A stretch of 63,964 bases of DNA, the filler included, from Lenisia limosa (lineage: Eukaryota > Protista > Breviatea), in NCBI GenBank assembly GCA_001655205.1. It is 14 parts of 14 records of this genome, joined end to end, with 100 filler letters (N's around TTAATTAATTAA, not from the genome) between each part and the next. Parts side by side here need not be neighbours in the genome. Positions count along the whole stretch, not along the records: positions 10,554 to 12,300 come from LPNZ01009939.1; positions 12,401 to 14,816 come from LPNZ01001039.1; positions 14,917 to 21,070 come from LPNZ01010815.1; positions 21,171 to 25,195 come from LPNZ01003300.1; 10 more parts are not named here. One strand, given 5' to 3'. This document shows positions 11,300 through 24,800 of the stretch, piece after piece. How positions within the stretch are numbered: the stretch's first letter is position 1; every line of letters starts with the position of its first letter. The position numbers were made by a program, and so were the translations under genes. The notes under the pieces are model-generated. The model was not told the origin of the DNA. It did not search any database and saw nothing but the letters and a program-made list of their open reading frames with translations.

Positions 11300-14200
11300 A
11301 GAAGAACAAAATCAACTCCATCACCACCAACGATAGGAGAGGTAACATTGGCGTGGTCCTCATCCCCAAAGGAGATTTCGGCAGGGAGGGGAGGGGCCCG
11401 CTTGGGGGTGGAACTAAGGATAAGAACCATAATCATCAAGAAGAAAAAAAATAAATAATAATAATAATAATAACAACAACAAAATCAATAAATAAGATGT
11501 ATATATTTCTCTCCTTACTCTCCGCTCCTCCTTTCTCTGCCTTGGTGTGTGGGATAAATGACAATAAAGCAATGGAAAAAAGAATACATAAGGAGCCCCC
11601 CTCCTCCCCATCATAGACCACCACATCATACTTAATGATTAGGGCTTCCCAACGGTTCAAAAAATGACGGATTTTCCTCAATAAAATCATTATGCCGGTC
11701 TTTTTTGGACCGCAAGGAAGCCATATAGTACAGCACTCCCCCTCTCCCACATTATTTTGGACGAAGATGCAAGGCATGAAATGCTATTGAGGAGCAGCTT
11801 CCATGCGCTTCCTGAAGCGGGGTCAAAAGGCAAAGCAAAGGAGAGAACTCTCACATGCTTCGGGGCAAGTATTGGGTCAAACAAAGATGAGAAGAAAAAC
11901 TATACAAAAAGGGGGGGGGGGTATCTACAATTCTTTGATAACTGGAATAAAAGAAGATATCTCCCTCCAAAAAAAACACCAACCTTCTAGTTTGTGTGCA
12001 AGGGCAGTAGCGGTGTTGATGAGGGTATGGATGCCCAGGTGGGTGAGGTGTGAGGGTAGAGTCGCGTTTTCGGGCGACTGGGCTAGTCTAAATGCGTTAT
12101 TTATAGAACTTTTGTAAAGTTTGAAATGAGATATATTGTAATGGAATTTCAGACATTGGAATATCAAATTTTGTGATTTTTTAATAAAACAATTGTAAGG
12201 AGGCATAATCAATTATACATTATACATTTAAACACGCATAAACAAGCATTCCCAAAACAGTACATCCATCACAAAAACAGTGACCCCCCCCACTTAAAAA
12301 NNNNNNNNNNNNNNNNNNNNNNNNNNNNNNNNNNNNNNNNNNNNTTAATTAATTAANNNNNNNNNNNNNNNNNNNNNNNNNNNNNNNNNNNNNNNNNNNN
12401 AGGTACCTGGAATACACCCGGGCGCCCGCACTTTTGGGTCGAAGCCGCGACGCCGCCGCCTGCATACTCCACCCCTCAGGGCCAAGAGTTCCGGAGCCCT
12501 TGGTACGCAAACTGGCTGCGCGCGGCTCACGCGCAGTTCTGAGTCGTAAGGGTCGTTGCAATATATCATATGAATGTATCCAATGTCATTAACCCCCCCA
12601 CACTTTTAATGTTTCCCCCTCTAGCATCACCACCCGGCGTACATTGGACGTTTGGAAGGCTTGGGCGGAACCTCAGCAAAAGACACCGTTGTCTCCGTCC
12701 CTTTATTGCCCCCTTAAAATGTGAAAGAGATCAAATAAAACTGCCAAGCTATTTGAATATCATTATTATTATGAGATATCATTAGGGCTTCCCTTCAGTC
12801 CCAAAATAGACTGAATTTCTCTATAAATCTTCGATAAATATCTATATTTTAACAGTATTTTGGACCGTTGGGAAGCCCTGGATATCATATACTTAGCAAG
12901 CTATTATGTTTACTCACACCCACCAAGTTCTGTAGCTGTTCGAGGCCTTGGGGTTTGAGAAGGCTTCATGGCTGCGTGGAGATTAAATGGACAGTTTACA
13001 TACAAAAAAAATTTTACCCCCAGAATCAGCCTGTTGGCTAGCATTTGGGTGGCAAAACAAACTTTGAGGTATAATAAAGGGGCGATGAGACAGAATAGAA
13101 GGGACTTAGGGTTTTTTTTATTATTATGAAAATTACATAATACATGTATATAATACCAATATAGCTTTTTTTCAGAAAAATATATATATTATACATATAT
13201 ACACACATATACATGTATATATACAATACCCATAGATCATTATATGATATGAAACTTAAGTATGTATACCATATTGTTGCTCTCATACATGGGGGCGGGA
13301 CAGGGAAGGCGCTAGGGGCCTTTCGGGGCACCCGGGGTTTCAGGGACGGCTGTGATGGGATGAAGCCTCCGGGGCCGGACGCAGGTCTGAGAGGTGAGGG
13401 GAGTAAAACTGGAACAATTATGAAATAAAAAAAAGCTGAAAATCTTCTCTGTTGACTAGCAACAAACAAGGGTTAAGGGGAGTAAACATGAAGGAGGGGT
13501 ATTGGATAATTGATGAAACAGGTGGAAATGTTGTGTTGGAGTATGGGGGGTGAGAGGGGATGGCTTTCCCACCCATTTTTTATTTAAACTATAAGCAAAT
13601 TCAACTAAAAGAAGAAGTTGAGATGGTTAGCAAATTCAACTAAAAGAAGAAGCTGATATGGTTAGCAAAGTCTAAACCCACACGGTGCATCGACTTGGGA
13701 TTCTTGTGAAAACGTTGGAATTCCCGTATTTTACATGGAATTTTATGGTAATTCGAAGAAATTTATGGGATTTCCCAAATAATAACAGTGAATCCCAAGT
13801 CGATGCGCCGTAGTGCAACCTTTAAACACACCTTATTTGCTAAGCATGGAAAGGGATGATGAACTGTTTTTGAACCGCGAACAGAGAAACAAAACCCTGA
13901 AATAACACATAGTATTACATACATAGATTAAAAATGGGGGAGGGGGGGACTATGTCTTTTTTCCAAATCAAAGGGAAGCCCACATATCATTCGAAACAAG
14001 AACATGGATGATCAAGGTATAAGCCCAACCTTGCAAGGGAATAAAGCTCGGTCGTGGACTTGCTTCGGTTTGATGATTTCCCCTGGACAGGCGATGTTTT
14101 GCCATACTTGGAGCTAACGGAGGAAACCTTTTTCTTTGGCGGGTTGAGCTGAGGAATGGGGATGAGGAACTCATTCATCGTGATGATCCTTCACAGGCCG
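11300..14200 (-). CDS. Probable spliced gene(s) of unknown function, S/P/K-rich exons
   Basis: GC-richer exon-like blocks bounded by AG/GT on the minus strand (e.g. PASGPGGFIPSQPSLKPRVPRKAPSAFPVPP at 13290-13386, PPKKKVSSVSSKYGKTSP at 14040-14150). No domain recognised. Confidence 0.35.
12783..12880. mobile_element. Family A hAT-like MITE, subfamily A2
   Basis: TAGGGCTTCCC...GGGAAGCCCTG; perfect 8-bp TSD GATATCAT. Confidence 0.9.
13679..13815. mobile_element. Family E CACTA-like MITE. Single arms at about 15607-15635 and 63041-63070
   Basis: TIR CAC(T)ACGG(C/T)GCATCGACTTGGGATTC...GAATCCCAAGTCGATGCGCCGTAGTG; no TSD confirmed. Confidence 0.65.
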
Positions 14201-14949
14201 AGAGGAGCGTTACATCGTTATAGTAGAGATTAGAACCTTTTATATAATTGCTGATATGCACAATTGGAGGCTAGAGGGACTGGATACCGGATTGAAAAAG
14301 TACACTTGCTTCTGTGTTAATTTTTGTAACTTGCAGTTGTTATTGTTGTTTTTGACTGCTTACTACTTGCCTTCCTTTTTGCTTGATGAAAGTGTTTGGG
14401 GGAAAACCAGCTTAAATTCTCGAAGAACCTGGGGGCGTTCCCCACCACCCAGCAAGTGCCTCATTTTTTCAACTTAGCTCTACTGATATCTTAATATTTC
14501 TATATTATATAAATAATACATGATATGATACAAGTGTACACAGTGACATGATTACATGCATGATGATGAAGTCAAGTAATACATGCTTATGATTATGAAA
14601 CAGGTGATTATTCTCAACAGAAAAGAAAACAGTGACCTAATACATATATAAACAAAAAAGAACAAATTCGGAAACCAGAAACACGATCAAACGATCAACA
14701 TGGAAAATCACACACATATGAGAAACAAAAACTATCCCCGGGCGCCGAACTACCTCACATCGGGAGCGGGGGGGACCAGGCCGAAACAGGAACCTCAATA
14801 TCAGACTGCGGCGGTTNNNNNNNNNNNNNNNNNNNNNNNNNNNNNNNNNNNNNNNNNNNNTTAATTAATTAANNNNNNNNNNNNNNNNNNNNNNNNNNNN
14901 NNNNNNNNNNNNNNNNAGAGGTGTGAAAGCTCCATATATGAAGTACTAT

Positions 14950-17900
14950 AGTGTCGTTAGATAGCGATATCTTTAGAGTGCGGAGCGGAGAAGCGTTTGG
15001 TCCCACCTCATCATATCCTTGTTCACCAGCAGTTGCAACTTGGATTCGTTTCGAGTCCTTTGTGACCACCAAGTCGAGGTCGTAGGTAACCTTGAAATTA
15101 GCTCCAGGTCTTCGTATATATATGATAGTATGTAAATAATCAATAGAAATGAGAAATATAGCAAGATTGTATCTGGATACAGTTGTAAGGGTTTACAAGT
15201 GTCTCATATCTGGATACAGCTGTAAGGGTTTACAAGTGTCTCATATTACGACTCTTTCCGGCGTATCAATAAAGAGTTCGTCCGGTTGAGTGATAGTGCT
15301 ACTGACTTGTTGAACATCTTACCTGGTCCACCATCTGATCTTCATTATGGTTAACGATGTCGTTGTACACCATAGCAAATCGAATCCTTCCAGCGCTTGT
15401 GGCCTGTAAAGTTAGCCCTCATGGCCATGTTATATGCCATTTTGGAGCAGTTGAAAAGAATTTCTAAAAAGGGTATTTTACCCGGATAAACTATCATTTA
15501 GTTTCATGTTTATATTTTTCAAAATGTATAATAATTATACCTTTGAAAAAACCGAAACTGAAGTAAAGCAAAACAGCAGGATACCCCCACCACCTTAGTA
15601 ATATACATGGGAATCTCAAGTAGATGCGCCGTAGTGTATGCTCAAACAAAAAGACATCATTACCACAAAATCACCTTGATAATATCGTATATGTAGGTCA
15701 GATAAATCAAATACACACCCCAGCCACCTTGGTTTTAACCACGTGTTTGCCATGACGGGACTTCACGGTGTCTGTGACGTAGAAGGGGCTGGCTCCGTGA
15801 CGTCGAACGGCTGGAATAGTCAGGGATTAAGATTTGTTGGTAGGAGGGCAGGGGAGTAAAATTGGAATATTAATGAAACAGAAATAATCTAAAATCAACT
15901 CTGTTGGCTGACAACACACTAGGGTTGATAATAACAAAACAACAAAACCCAGGCGAGTGGCTTCTGCAGCAGTTAATAAAGCCCATGAATTTCCCTGACT
16001 ATACACCAGCCTATCTTCAGCCATTACTACACTTCAGCCTTACTTATAGCACTCACCATTCCACCCCCATCATCACCCACAAGCAGTTGGAGCGGTAGTG
16101 GCCATATTGATGAGACCAGCTCCCTACATAAAGTAAAGCAATGAAGGGGCATAGTAGAATATGAGTAGCCATGGCGTTGGAGGAAAGTTGAGAGATTGGT
16201 GTGAAATTAGGGGGAAAGACAATATAAATACCACTCTGAATAAAAGTCCACAGAGCGTTGAAGGCAGTAAGCAGAACAAATGTTCTCAAAACGCTTTGCT
16301 TACAGTGTTGGTTGTAACAGGGTCGCGAGGCAGCGGGTAGAAACTGGTCATTTCGCGGTCACCAGGCTAAAGGAGTCAAATGATTGCGAGGGAAGGAGTA
16401 AAAGAGGAAAATGTGACAGAAACAAAATGCCAGAATCTAAAAATGGTTACCTCAAGCATAAGAAAATTCGATTATTTCTCGAATGTTCTAGAAGCTTTTT
16501 GACTTTTTGATGGTTTTCCCCCACGACCATTATTCAAAAAAATAAAAGTTGAGGAAGCATAGAGGTAGGGGACCTATTTAAAGTGGCCAAAAGCTTCTAG
16601 AATGTTCGAAAAAAAGTTCACAAAAAAAATCCTCTATGCTTGAGTTACCCATTTATGAAACAAACACACAAAAAAAAATCCTCTATGCTTGAGTTACCCA
16701 TTTATGAAACAAACACACAAAAAAAAACAACTATGACTAGAACACACAATTGTGAGGGGTGAGAGGGTGATGTTCATGATAATATCTAAGAGTCGATTTC
16801 GCCCAGTTCCATATTTTTTAGGAGAGGGGTTACCCTTTGGTCCCAATAGACTGTATTACTCGATAAATACGATATTTCTCCATATTTAACCAGCATATTT
16901 CGGACCGCAAGGATTATTTTTGAGTAACAAACCTTAACGCCTTCCATCGTGTGAGCACCAGCAAGAAGAGCGGCCTAAAGGATTAGTTATAGATTTTATT
17001 GAGCCGTACTGGCTTGTTTTGCGATTTGTTAGGATCATTATTACGGGTTTTGTGACCTTACTGATATCAGTCAAAAAACGAAAAGAAATAAAAATGTAGT
17101 AGAATACAAAAACCAAGAATACCCTCAACAAGTGGCCGGGAACTGTCTCCATGGCATGAGCCGCATTAGCCTTACCGTCAACGTGGAAGCCCTTCAAAAA
17201 GTACTCTCTGGTGCATTGTCAGGTATTTTTAAGACTCCGTTGGCAATTAATTATTTTATGAAAATAATTCAAATTTGAAATTTGATAGTTGCTCGATATT
17301 ATTGAAAGATTGTATTTATTGAACTGTACTTAGACGTCATACCTGAGTAGGGTGGCCGAACCAGCAACGACCGCAGCGGACATGGAAGTTCCCTCCATAT
17401 GAATAAGAGAACTGTCCTGCACATGTTACAGCTTTTTGCATTGTAAAAAGAGCTTGGTCATAAAACAGCCCTAAAAGGTTGAAAACAAAAACAAAACAAA
17501 AAAAAGCTCCAACACAACTTGGTCATAAAAAATGCTGTCAGAGCTTTGAAACAAAATAAAAGCTACAACTTGAGAACAAAAATGCTTCAGCAGGTTGAAA
17601 TAAAAAAACAAGCAACAACAGCATTGAAATGATAATAAAAAAAGCTACAACAGATTGATCAGCCACCAACCTCGCCGTTAACTTCACAATGCACTTCTCC
17701 GTTCACAGAGAACTTGTGGGCCTTGGCAGACGTCACAAACTGTCCGGGGGCAGCAATATCAATCTTGGGAGTGTAAGTGACAGCAATAAAACTGGGTGCG
17801 GGGTATTACGCACATAGGGAAGCCCTAACCATCAGGTGTGATTAGCTCTTCACTTCGGTTCGACAAAGACAGGGAAAAATCGACAGTTTTCGAGGATTTA

Positions 17901-20900
17901 TCGATAAATTCAGTCTTTTTTCGAACCGAAGCGAAGCCCCAGTTATCCCAACTAATCCCTTGAACCTCAATTTTGGAAGGCATAAAAATCCCAAAAAGAC
18001 TTCTGTTTATGCCCCAAGACTCCCCGTACCTCCATTTTGAAAGGCAGAATCTCGGGCACCACATAAGGGCTCTGTGCGAAGAAGGCAAGACTTTGAGTAC
18101 TGCGTACACGCGCATCTTCAGGTTCGGGAGCAGCGAAAGTCTTGGAACAGCACTTGTATTTCAAGCTATCGGGGGGGGGGGGGGGNNNNNNNNNNNNNNN
18201 NNNNNNNNNNNNNNNNNNNNNNNNNNNNNNNNNNNNNNNNNNNNNNNNNNNNNNNNNNNNNNNNNNNNNNNNNNNNAGGTAATCTTAATATTTTAAAAGA
18301 AGAGGGTTGAACAAGCACAGCATCAGATACTCCCCGACCATTAGTATAGGAGTGGGGGATACATTCAGATTTGATAGGGTAGCTGTGAAATATAATATAG
18401 CAACTGGAATTGTTCCACAACGAATCTTCAATATGCTATTGGTTCAATGGTGCCCTCTATCACTAACTCCCATAATACTCCTTCCTGGACTTTCTCTCGC
18501 ATCAATATCTTTGTTTTGATAGTCTTGGCAATATAAAAAAAATAACTTAAAAGCAGGTTTTAAAATGGAAAAGTTGTCACGGATTGCAAATTATCGAAGA
18601 ATAGGCCTTTCTTGAAGTGATTTATGTAATATACTGAATATTGATATTAACTCTCCACGTACTCCTCGTTAGCACAACAAATTTCGTCAGTCAAAGTCTT
18701 CTGCCCACTACACATCTACAAACGTAAAATATATCATCATTAATAGAAGGCCATTATTGGCTTTTTAGAAGCAGAAGTGCAATTAAAACAGCTTATTAAA
18801 TATATACGCACTATGAGATTTTACCTCAAGATTCAACCATATATCAAGACTGGAATTATCACAAAATACGGATCATTTTCCTATCTCAAGAATGTCATAC
18901 TAGGTGCAAATCGAGAACAAGGACATTTAAGTCAGATGTTTGTTTTTTGTTGTAACGTCTTTTTAAACTACCAGCCTAAAGATCAGGCGGTTTGAAATCC
19001 CCACCTTTTCAATATCTTCAGCACAAGGTGGGGCGGCGCCAACGAAATCGCATTCCATCTTGGTGTTTCCCTTGAGAGCTACGACACTGTTCTCAAGGCA
19101 GAACTGAAGGGATAAAACTGAATATGAAATTCCATAGCAAATCAGTCAAGATTTATCCTGATCACTGTATATAAGATCTAGAACTGAACGCGGTCAGGGT
19201 ATATCTATTGTGGCTTGTTAAAGAAATAACTCATTTTGAGCTCTAACAATTGCACCAAAGAATGTATACTGTATGTTCATATGTTCTTGTCACAATAACA
19301 CTCTATTTTTAAATGAGCTGTTAAAGTACCATGACTGTGTTGAGCTGTGAACAATACAATCCTTTTCAGTTGGGTTACAGTACCACCCCTGTGTAACCAA
19401 CCTCTTTAACAAGAGTCTGACGGTCGATTTGGCCCTCTAATGCGTTAGAACATGCAGAAATGAGAGGGGAAAAAAGCAGTATCAGGCAGAAGGCAGAAAA
19501 AGCCCATGGTTAATACTATCACGCTAAGAGATACATGTGATTCTAGATTAGTAAAATTAGAATGCAGTTTACAAATTAGGGCGGCCAAGATCTTGCAAAC
19601 AATCCCGTCTTTATTAACAAGAGGAATGAAGTAAACTATGGTAATTTTATTATGGTATCTCCATGTAATTAAAAGTATTTGTTTACCTAGATTTCCAGAT
19701 TATTACTCTTGTTCAAAAAACAAAAAAGCTTGTTTATACCCATCCAACGTGCGGCAATAGAGTCGTCCAGGGACTTCTGAGTACTTTGTGAGGCAGTTAC
19801 ACACAGCACGTTGTGGATACTACCGTCACCTACGGTCGAATTAGCTGGTGTTCCTTACATTTGATGTCGTGAAAATTGAGTTTGCGAAAAGAGCAACAGC
19901 ATATCAATATATTGTGCTTAGGGAATAGAGTGTTAACCCACATAATTGACAATAATAATGTGAAGAAATAGAGTTTTAACACATCAAGTGCAGAAAGAAG
20001 AGAGTTAAAACATAACACGCAAAAAGAATCGAGTGTTAACCCACAGAAGGTGTTGAGAGAAAATAAGCCGCCACCATAAGAGCTGGCAGAGATCAGAAGC
20101 AAGTCGTCGTAATTCAAAAGGTCCTACGTGATTAGTTTTTTCGGTAGATGAGAGAAACCCGCAATAAGATATGACCGATGGTTCTGAAGAAAATAGGAGA
20201 TGTTTCTTTGAAAAACCGTCAAAAAATAATTATTTCAGAAACTAGTCAGAGTATTTATTACAGATTAAAATTGCCGGATATCCACCAACATCATCAAGTT
20301 CATCAGAGTCCACATAGACGTCAGAAGTAAACCTGAAAGGTCAATTTGCATATTTGGCAGGCTGAATTCATCAAACAAAAAATACCAGCGAACAAAAATC
20401 GTCAGATTTTCAGAGCAGATACATCTTACACACATATAAATGTGATATGATATGTAGTATATATAAAACCCAAGAGTAAGGAATGTATCACAGTTGACTC
20501 CTTGAAAGTGCATTATGTCATTGAAGATTTGGTACATATGAGCACTTTTTATTTCCTTGGATTTCTAATATAATCTCCTATTCAAGTCAATAAATACAGC
20601 ATAGCCCACACAATAACTCGGGCACCAAGCTTGTACATGATATGGATGTTAGCCTAAAAATGTCAAAACAGCAAGACCCAAGCTAAACCAGTGAAAGCAT
20701 AGTCCAAAAATATGTCAAAACAAGAAAGAAAAGAGCAAAACGGTATGGACTATTAGTAAGAAATAAAGCGAGCGCTTAAAAGAGATGTTGAATCGAATTT
20801 GTCAATGAGTGTGGACNNNNNNNNNNNNNNNNNNNNNNNNNNNNNNNNNNNNNNNNNNGAGGAAATAGTGAAAGCAATGAGTCTGAATGGCAATATAAGT

Positions 20901-21060
20901 GCATTTCACCTTCATTATAAGTGTTGTTTCCTTCCATTATTAAAAAAAATGCATTATCCCCTCCATCCAATCCTACATTCAGGTTTCTTTGGTTACTGGC
21001 AAAAACGAGTTCAGCATTGGGGGCAATACCCATGTACTCTTCCATATTGCAGCCTTGGAG
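14950..21060 (-). CDS. Subtilisin-like serine protease (peptidase S8, TagB/TagC- or Kp43-like), partial
   Basis: Catalytic-Ser motif GTSMSAAVVAGSATLL at 17343-17393; KIDIAAPG at about 17750-17775; GIAPNAELVF at about 21000; HNVLCVTAS at about 19790; PGHLLRAALLAGA at 16940-17150. Asp/His motifs not seen and probably lie in or beyond the 21071 gap. C-terminal limit uncertain. Confidence 0.8.
15168..15245. repeat. Short intronic tandem duplication, 39 bp x2. Similar ones at 13590-13668, 32660-32750, 34787-34828, 52765-52845, 63343-63402
   Basis: Direct repeats visible in the sequence. Confidence 0.85.
16444..16720. repeat. Imperfect inverted repeat with a tandemly duplicated right arm
   Basis: ATGGTTACCTCAAGCATA...TTCTAGAAGCTTTT mirrored by AAAAGCTTCTAGAA...TATGCTTGAGTTACCCAT; the 50-bp block occurs twice at 16621-16720. 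Confidence 0.65.
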
Positions 21061-21839
21061 CCTAAAAGGGNNNNNNNNNNNNNNNNNNNNNNNNNNNNNN
21101 NNNNNNNNNNNNNNTTAATTAATTAANNNNNNNNNNNNNNNNNNNNNNNNNNNNNNNNNNNNNNNNNNNNCCACGAATAACGGAAATATATCATATGTGT
21201 ACAATGGCTTTGACCACAGGAAACAGTAAAAAAAAAATGGGAGAAGAAGAAGGATAACGGTGTTGAATAATACTATGACAAACTACTGGGGTTTAAAAAT
21301 ATAATTTGTTCTTTATGTGAGGCTGCGTGTGTTTTTTGTAGCTTATTTCATATACTGTTGTCATAGAGTTAAGACGGGTTCAGATTGGGGTTGAACGGAA
21401 TTCATGCAAAAAGTTATATACAAGCTTGACCCCAGAAACTGTGTGTGTGAGGGTGGAAGGGGGACCAAATATTACAGTTCTTTAATTGGGGAATAATTTT
21501 GAAGTTCTGGTTTTGAAACCATAAGTGTTCTTTCACTTGGCGCTTTCTGGTGTGTTTTTTAGATCTATTATCAAGCAGTTGGTAGAAATGGTGACAATAT
21601 TAAAAAAAAAGGCAACAAAAAAGTGCATCATGCACTACATATCATGAAGTAACATAATAAAAGGAGTTAAGAATCATAAAACGAAGAAAAACATGTAGAA
21701 AAATGAGAAAAGCAGTGAATAAGTAAAATGCTAAACAAACTTGATGAGACCCCCCCCCCCCCNNNNNNNNNNNNNNNNNNNNNNNNNNNNNNNNNNNNNN
21801 NNNNNNNNNNNNNNNNNNNNNNNNNNNNNNNNNNNNNNC

Positions 21840-24800
21840 TAGAGCAGCAAAACTCCGGGCACACAGGAACGCCTGGAATATTAAGAAGTGATATCGAATT
21901 GAAAGAAGCATTGTCATCATGGATAATCAATGATAGAAATGATCACAAAATATGAGAAATAATCATTTTAAAAACCTTAAAGAAAACACTCTATTGAATG
22001 AAACGAATGAAAAGGTGAAAAGGTGCCTCTGTCCCACTTCTATCCCTTGACCATTCTCAGCAAACGCTAAAGATAGATTGGAGAGCAAAGCTGGTCTCAG
22101 CTCTAGGGAGGTAACGTGTGATTTAATAAAATTGAAAACACCCCAGTCCCTCCCAAAAAAAAATGATACAAAATACTCACAACATTAAATTGTAGAACCC
22201 CTACCATGGTCAACATCGCATGCCACGAGAGCCTGGGTATAAAGCTCAATTGCTTCATTAAATTCGGCAGCTGCGAGTGTATCCTGAGTGAGGGAGGGGA
22301 GTAAAGCTGGAAAATTTATGAAACAAAAAGCCCTGAATTACTCGGTTGGTTGAAAACACACGAAGGTTGATAACAACAAAACAAACAAAGCCTGCAGCAC
22401 CGCATCACAGTGAGGGAGGAAGTAAACTCAAATTAAAGTACCCCCCTCCCCCTGTCCATTCTTAACAGGAACATAGTCAAACATCCCTCCACACAGTCAG
22501 TCATAATAGCCTATTACCTAATGATAGTTTGGGCTTCACTTCGGTTCGAAAAAGACCGTGTTTCGAACCGAAGTGAAATCCTACATAGTACGTTTCAGCA
22601 ATACATATGAAATGATGAAGAATATGACACCAAAGCACTAGCATAAACGCGACCCATCCCACAGCAGCCTTGATTTTGAGTTCAGAAACATCAACGTCCT
22701 CATTGTCTTCGAATGCAGGGACAAGGAATGGGGGAACTGGTGAATGTTAATATATAGCAATGAGAAATAAACAATAAGGTTGTTTGTATCTGGCCGAACA
22801 CCATCACGCTAATAAGAGATATTGGATTATACTATTATATGCATGTTAACAATAACCACAGCAGGGCTTGGGTAGCAGGCCAGTCATTTTGAACTCGGTA
22901 TCACACAAGGGCAAATTGGAACATTAGAATAGCAAGGGCAAATTGGAACATCGGTATAGCAAGGGCAAATTGAACATCGGTATAGCAAGGGCAAATTATA
23001 ACATCGGTATAGCAAGGGCAAATTGGAACATCGGTATAGCAAGGGCAAATTGGAACATCGGTATAGCAAGGGGGGGGGGAGGATAAAAATAAAACAACAA
23101 CACAGAGCAGTTCAATGGAATCAGAAGTACACTACTTAAGAGAATACACTCCGTACATCACTCCAGCAAGAAGTGTACAGATTTTCAGAAGCTGGGACAT
23201 ATTGTCTATTGCCCCTCCTGTTGCTGTTGCTATTGAGGGTTGAAGGAATTCCCCTGCAAATGCAAGGCCTCTTGCCTCTTGGTCGCAAGTTCCCCCTATT
23301 GGCACATGTAAGGAATGGTACGACGCTTAGCCTCACCCCCCTCTTATACCTGTTTGGTCTAACACTGGTTCACTTGTTGCGTTTGGGTTTTGATTCGTTT
23401 TTATTCTTTTTAGGAGTAACACTGAGGTTGTACAGTTGCTCACACTGTGTGCAAATCAGCGCACACCTTCTTCGAATCGGCCGAAAAGGCAGCCTACCCA
23501 GCTCTAGTGGAGGCATGTGAACTTCTCACGGTTCCTTTTGAACACTATAAGTTGGAACTAAAACAATGAGTTGGCTATTTTAGTTCCACAAAAAACATGT
23601 GCCACAAGCTAGTCTCTGCCGTCATAAAATCTGGATTTGCGACAACCTCCGAATGTGTAAGCTACTTATTGCAAGTTACTGCAACATATTCAGAAATATG
23701 GGAAGCCCTACGCTTGCACCGAAACTGTTATTTTCTTAGCTGTTGCAGTAACCCCAGTTCCAAAACCCAAACCCCGAAAGGTATTGAATCTTGTCTTTAT
23801 CTCGATCTGCCATCTTTTTTGGTTGGTTTTCGGGATGAATTATCTTACTCTTAATATCCATCATGAAATGATATGATCCTTCCACCATGAGGTACATCAC
23901 GAGTTGTTTTTAATATATAAATAGACAGATCAACCAAAGCAGAAGCAGGCCAGCCTTCAGTTGGCCTCCATAACAAGGCTCGGAGTTTACGACCAATTCA
24001 AAAGCTTTGTATTGCCGATTAGATAGCAATGCTATTGTGGACCCCCTATCGATAAATATTTTGAGAAACTGCGGAGAAAAAAAAACAATGAACAGTAATA
24101 CACACTGAAACAGAGAAGGAACCTCCAAATGAATTGTTCTTTATTGAAGCAAATCATTCTTATAATAAAGTATCGATTGGGTCAAATTGAAATATAAATA
24201 ATCATAATAAAAAAAAAGTTGATTCAGCGAACTTCAGCTTGGGGTTATTCTAACTAACAAAACCAATTAATACACTCAGCAAACCCACTTTGGTCTATGT
24301 CCATTTGGTCTCTGAAAACTTCAAAGTCGAACTAAACAGTAGGTAATGTTTAGGAAAATTGGTGGTGCAATTTTGGGACTTCAGATTAAGACAAAGATAT
24401 AAGAGCTCTTCTCCAATAGGGTGATACAGAATGTATTCATAGATATATAAAAAAGTGGTAGCATATGCAGAGCTCATTCACTATATCAGAAGCTGCTGGT
24501 CAATATCTGAGCAGCTTGTGTATCTGTATTAGTACGATATGTATAAAACTTAGTGTAGTCGTCCAACATATATAACACATTCACTTGTACATATAGAGCA
24601 ATATATAGTTTTACCACAAACAAAAAAAAACTGTTTTCCCAATCCTCGACGAAAGATTGCCAACCCACCTCCCTCCCCTCAATAATCAAACAATATCGCT
24701 ATTTCTGTTTACTCTCCCTCCTCCCCCTCCCCAAACCTGAGATACTGCAGCAGTGAGAGTGGAGAAAAATGGCTTCAGTGTTTCAGGGGCAGCAGCAAGC

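Noticed and set aside
22403-22408. GTGATG heads of B and D as C/D-box snoRNA box C
   Set aside because: The seventh base is G or C rather than A, and no terminal CTGA box D or terminal stem is consistently present.
22906-23072. CRISPR-like arrays here, at 861-1054 and at 5265-5356
   Set aside because: Units are contiguous with no unique spacers, there are no cas genes, and the context is eukaryotic intron.
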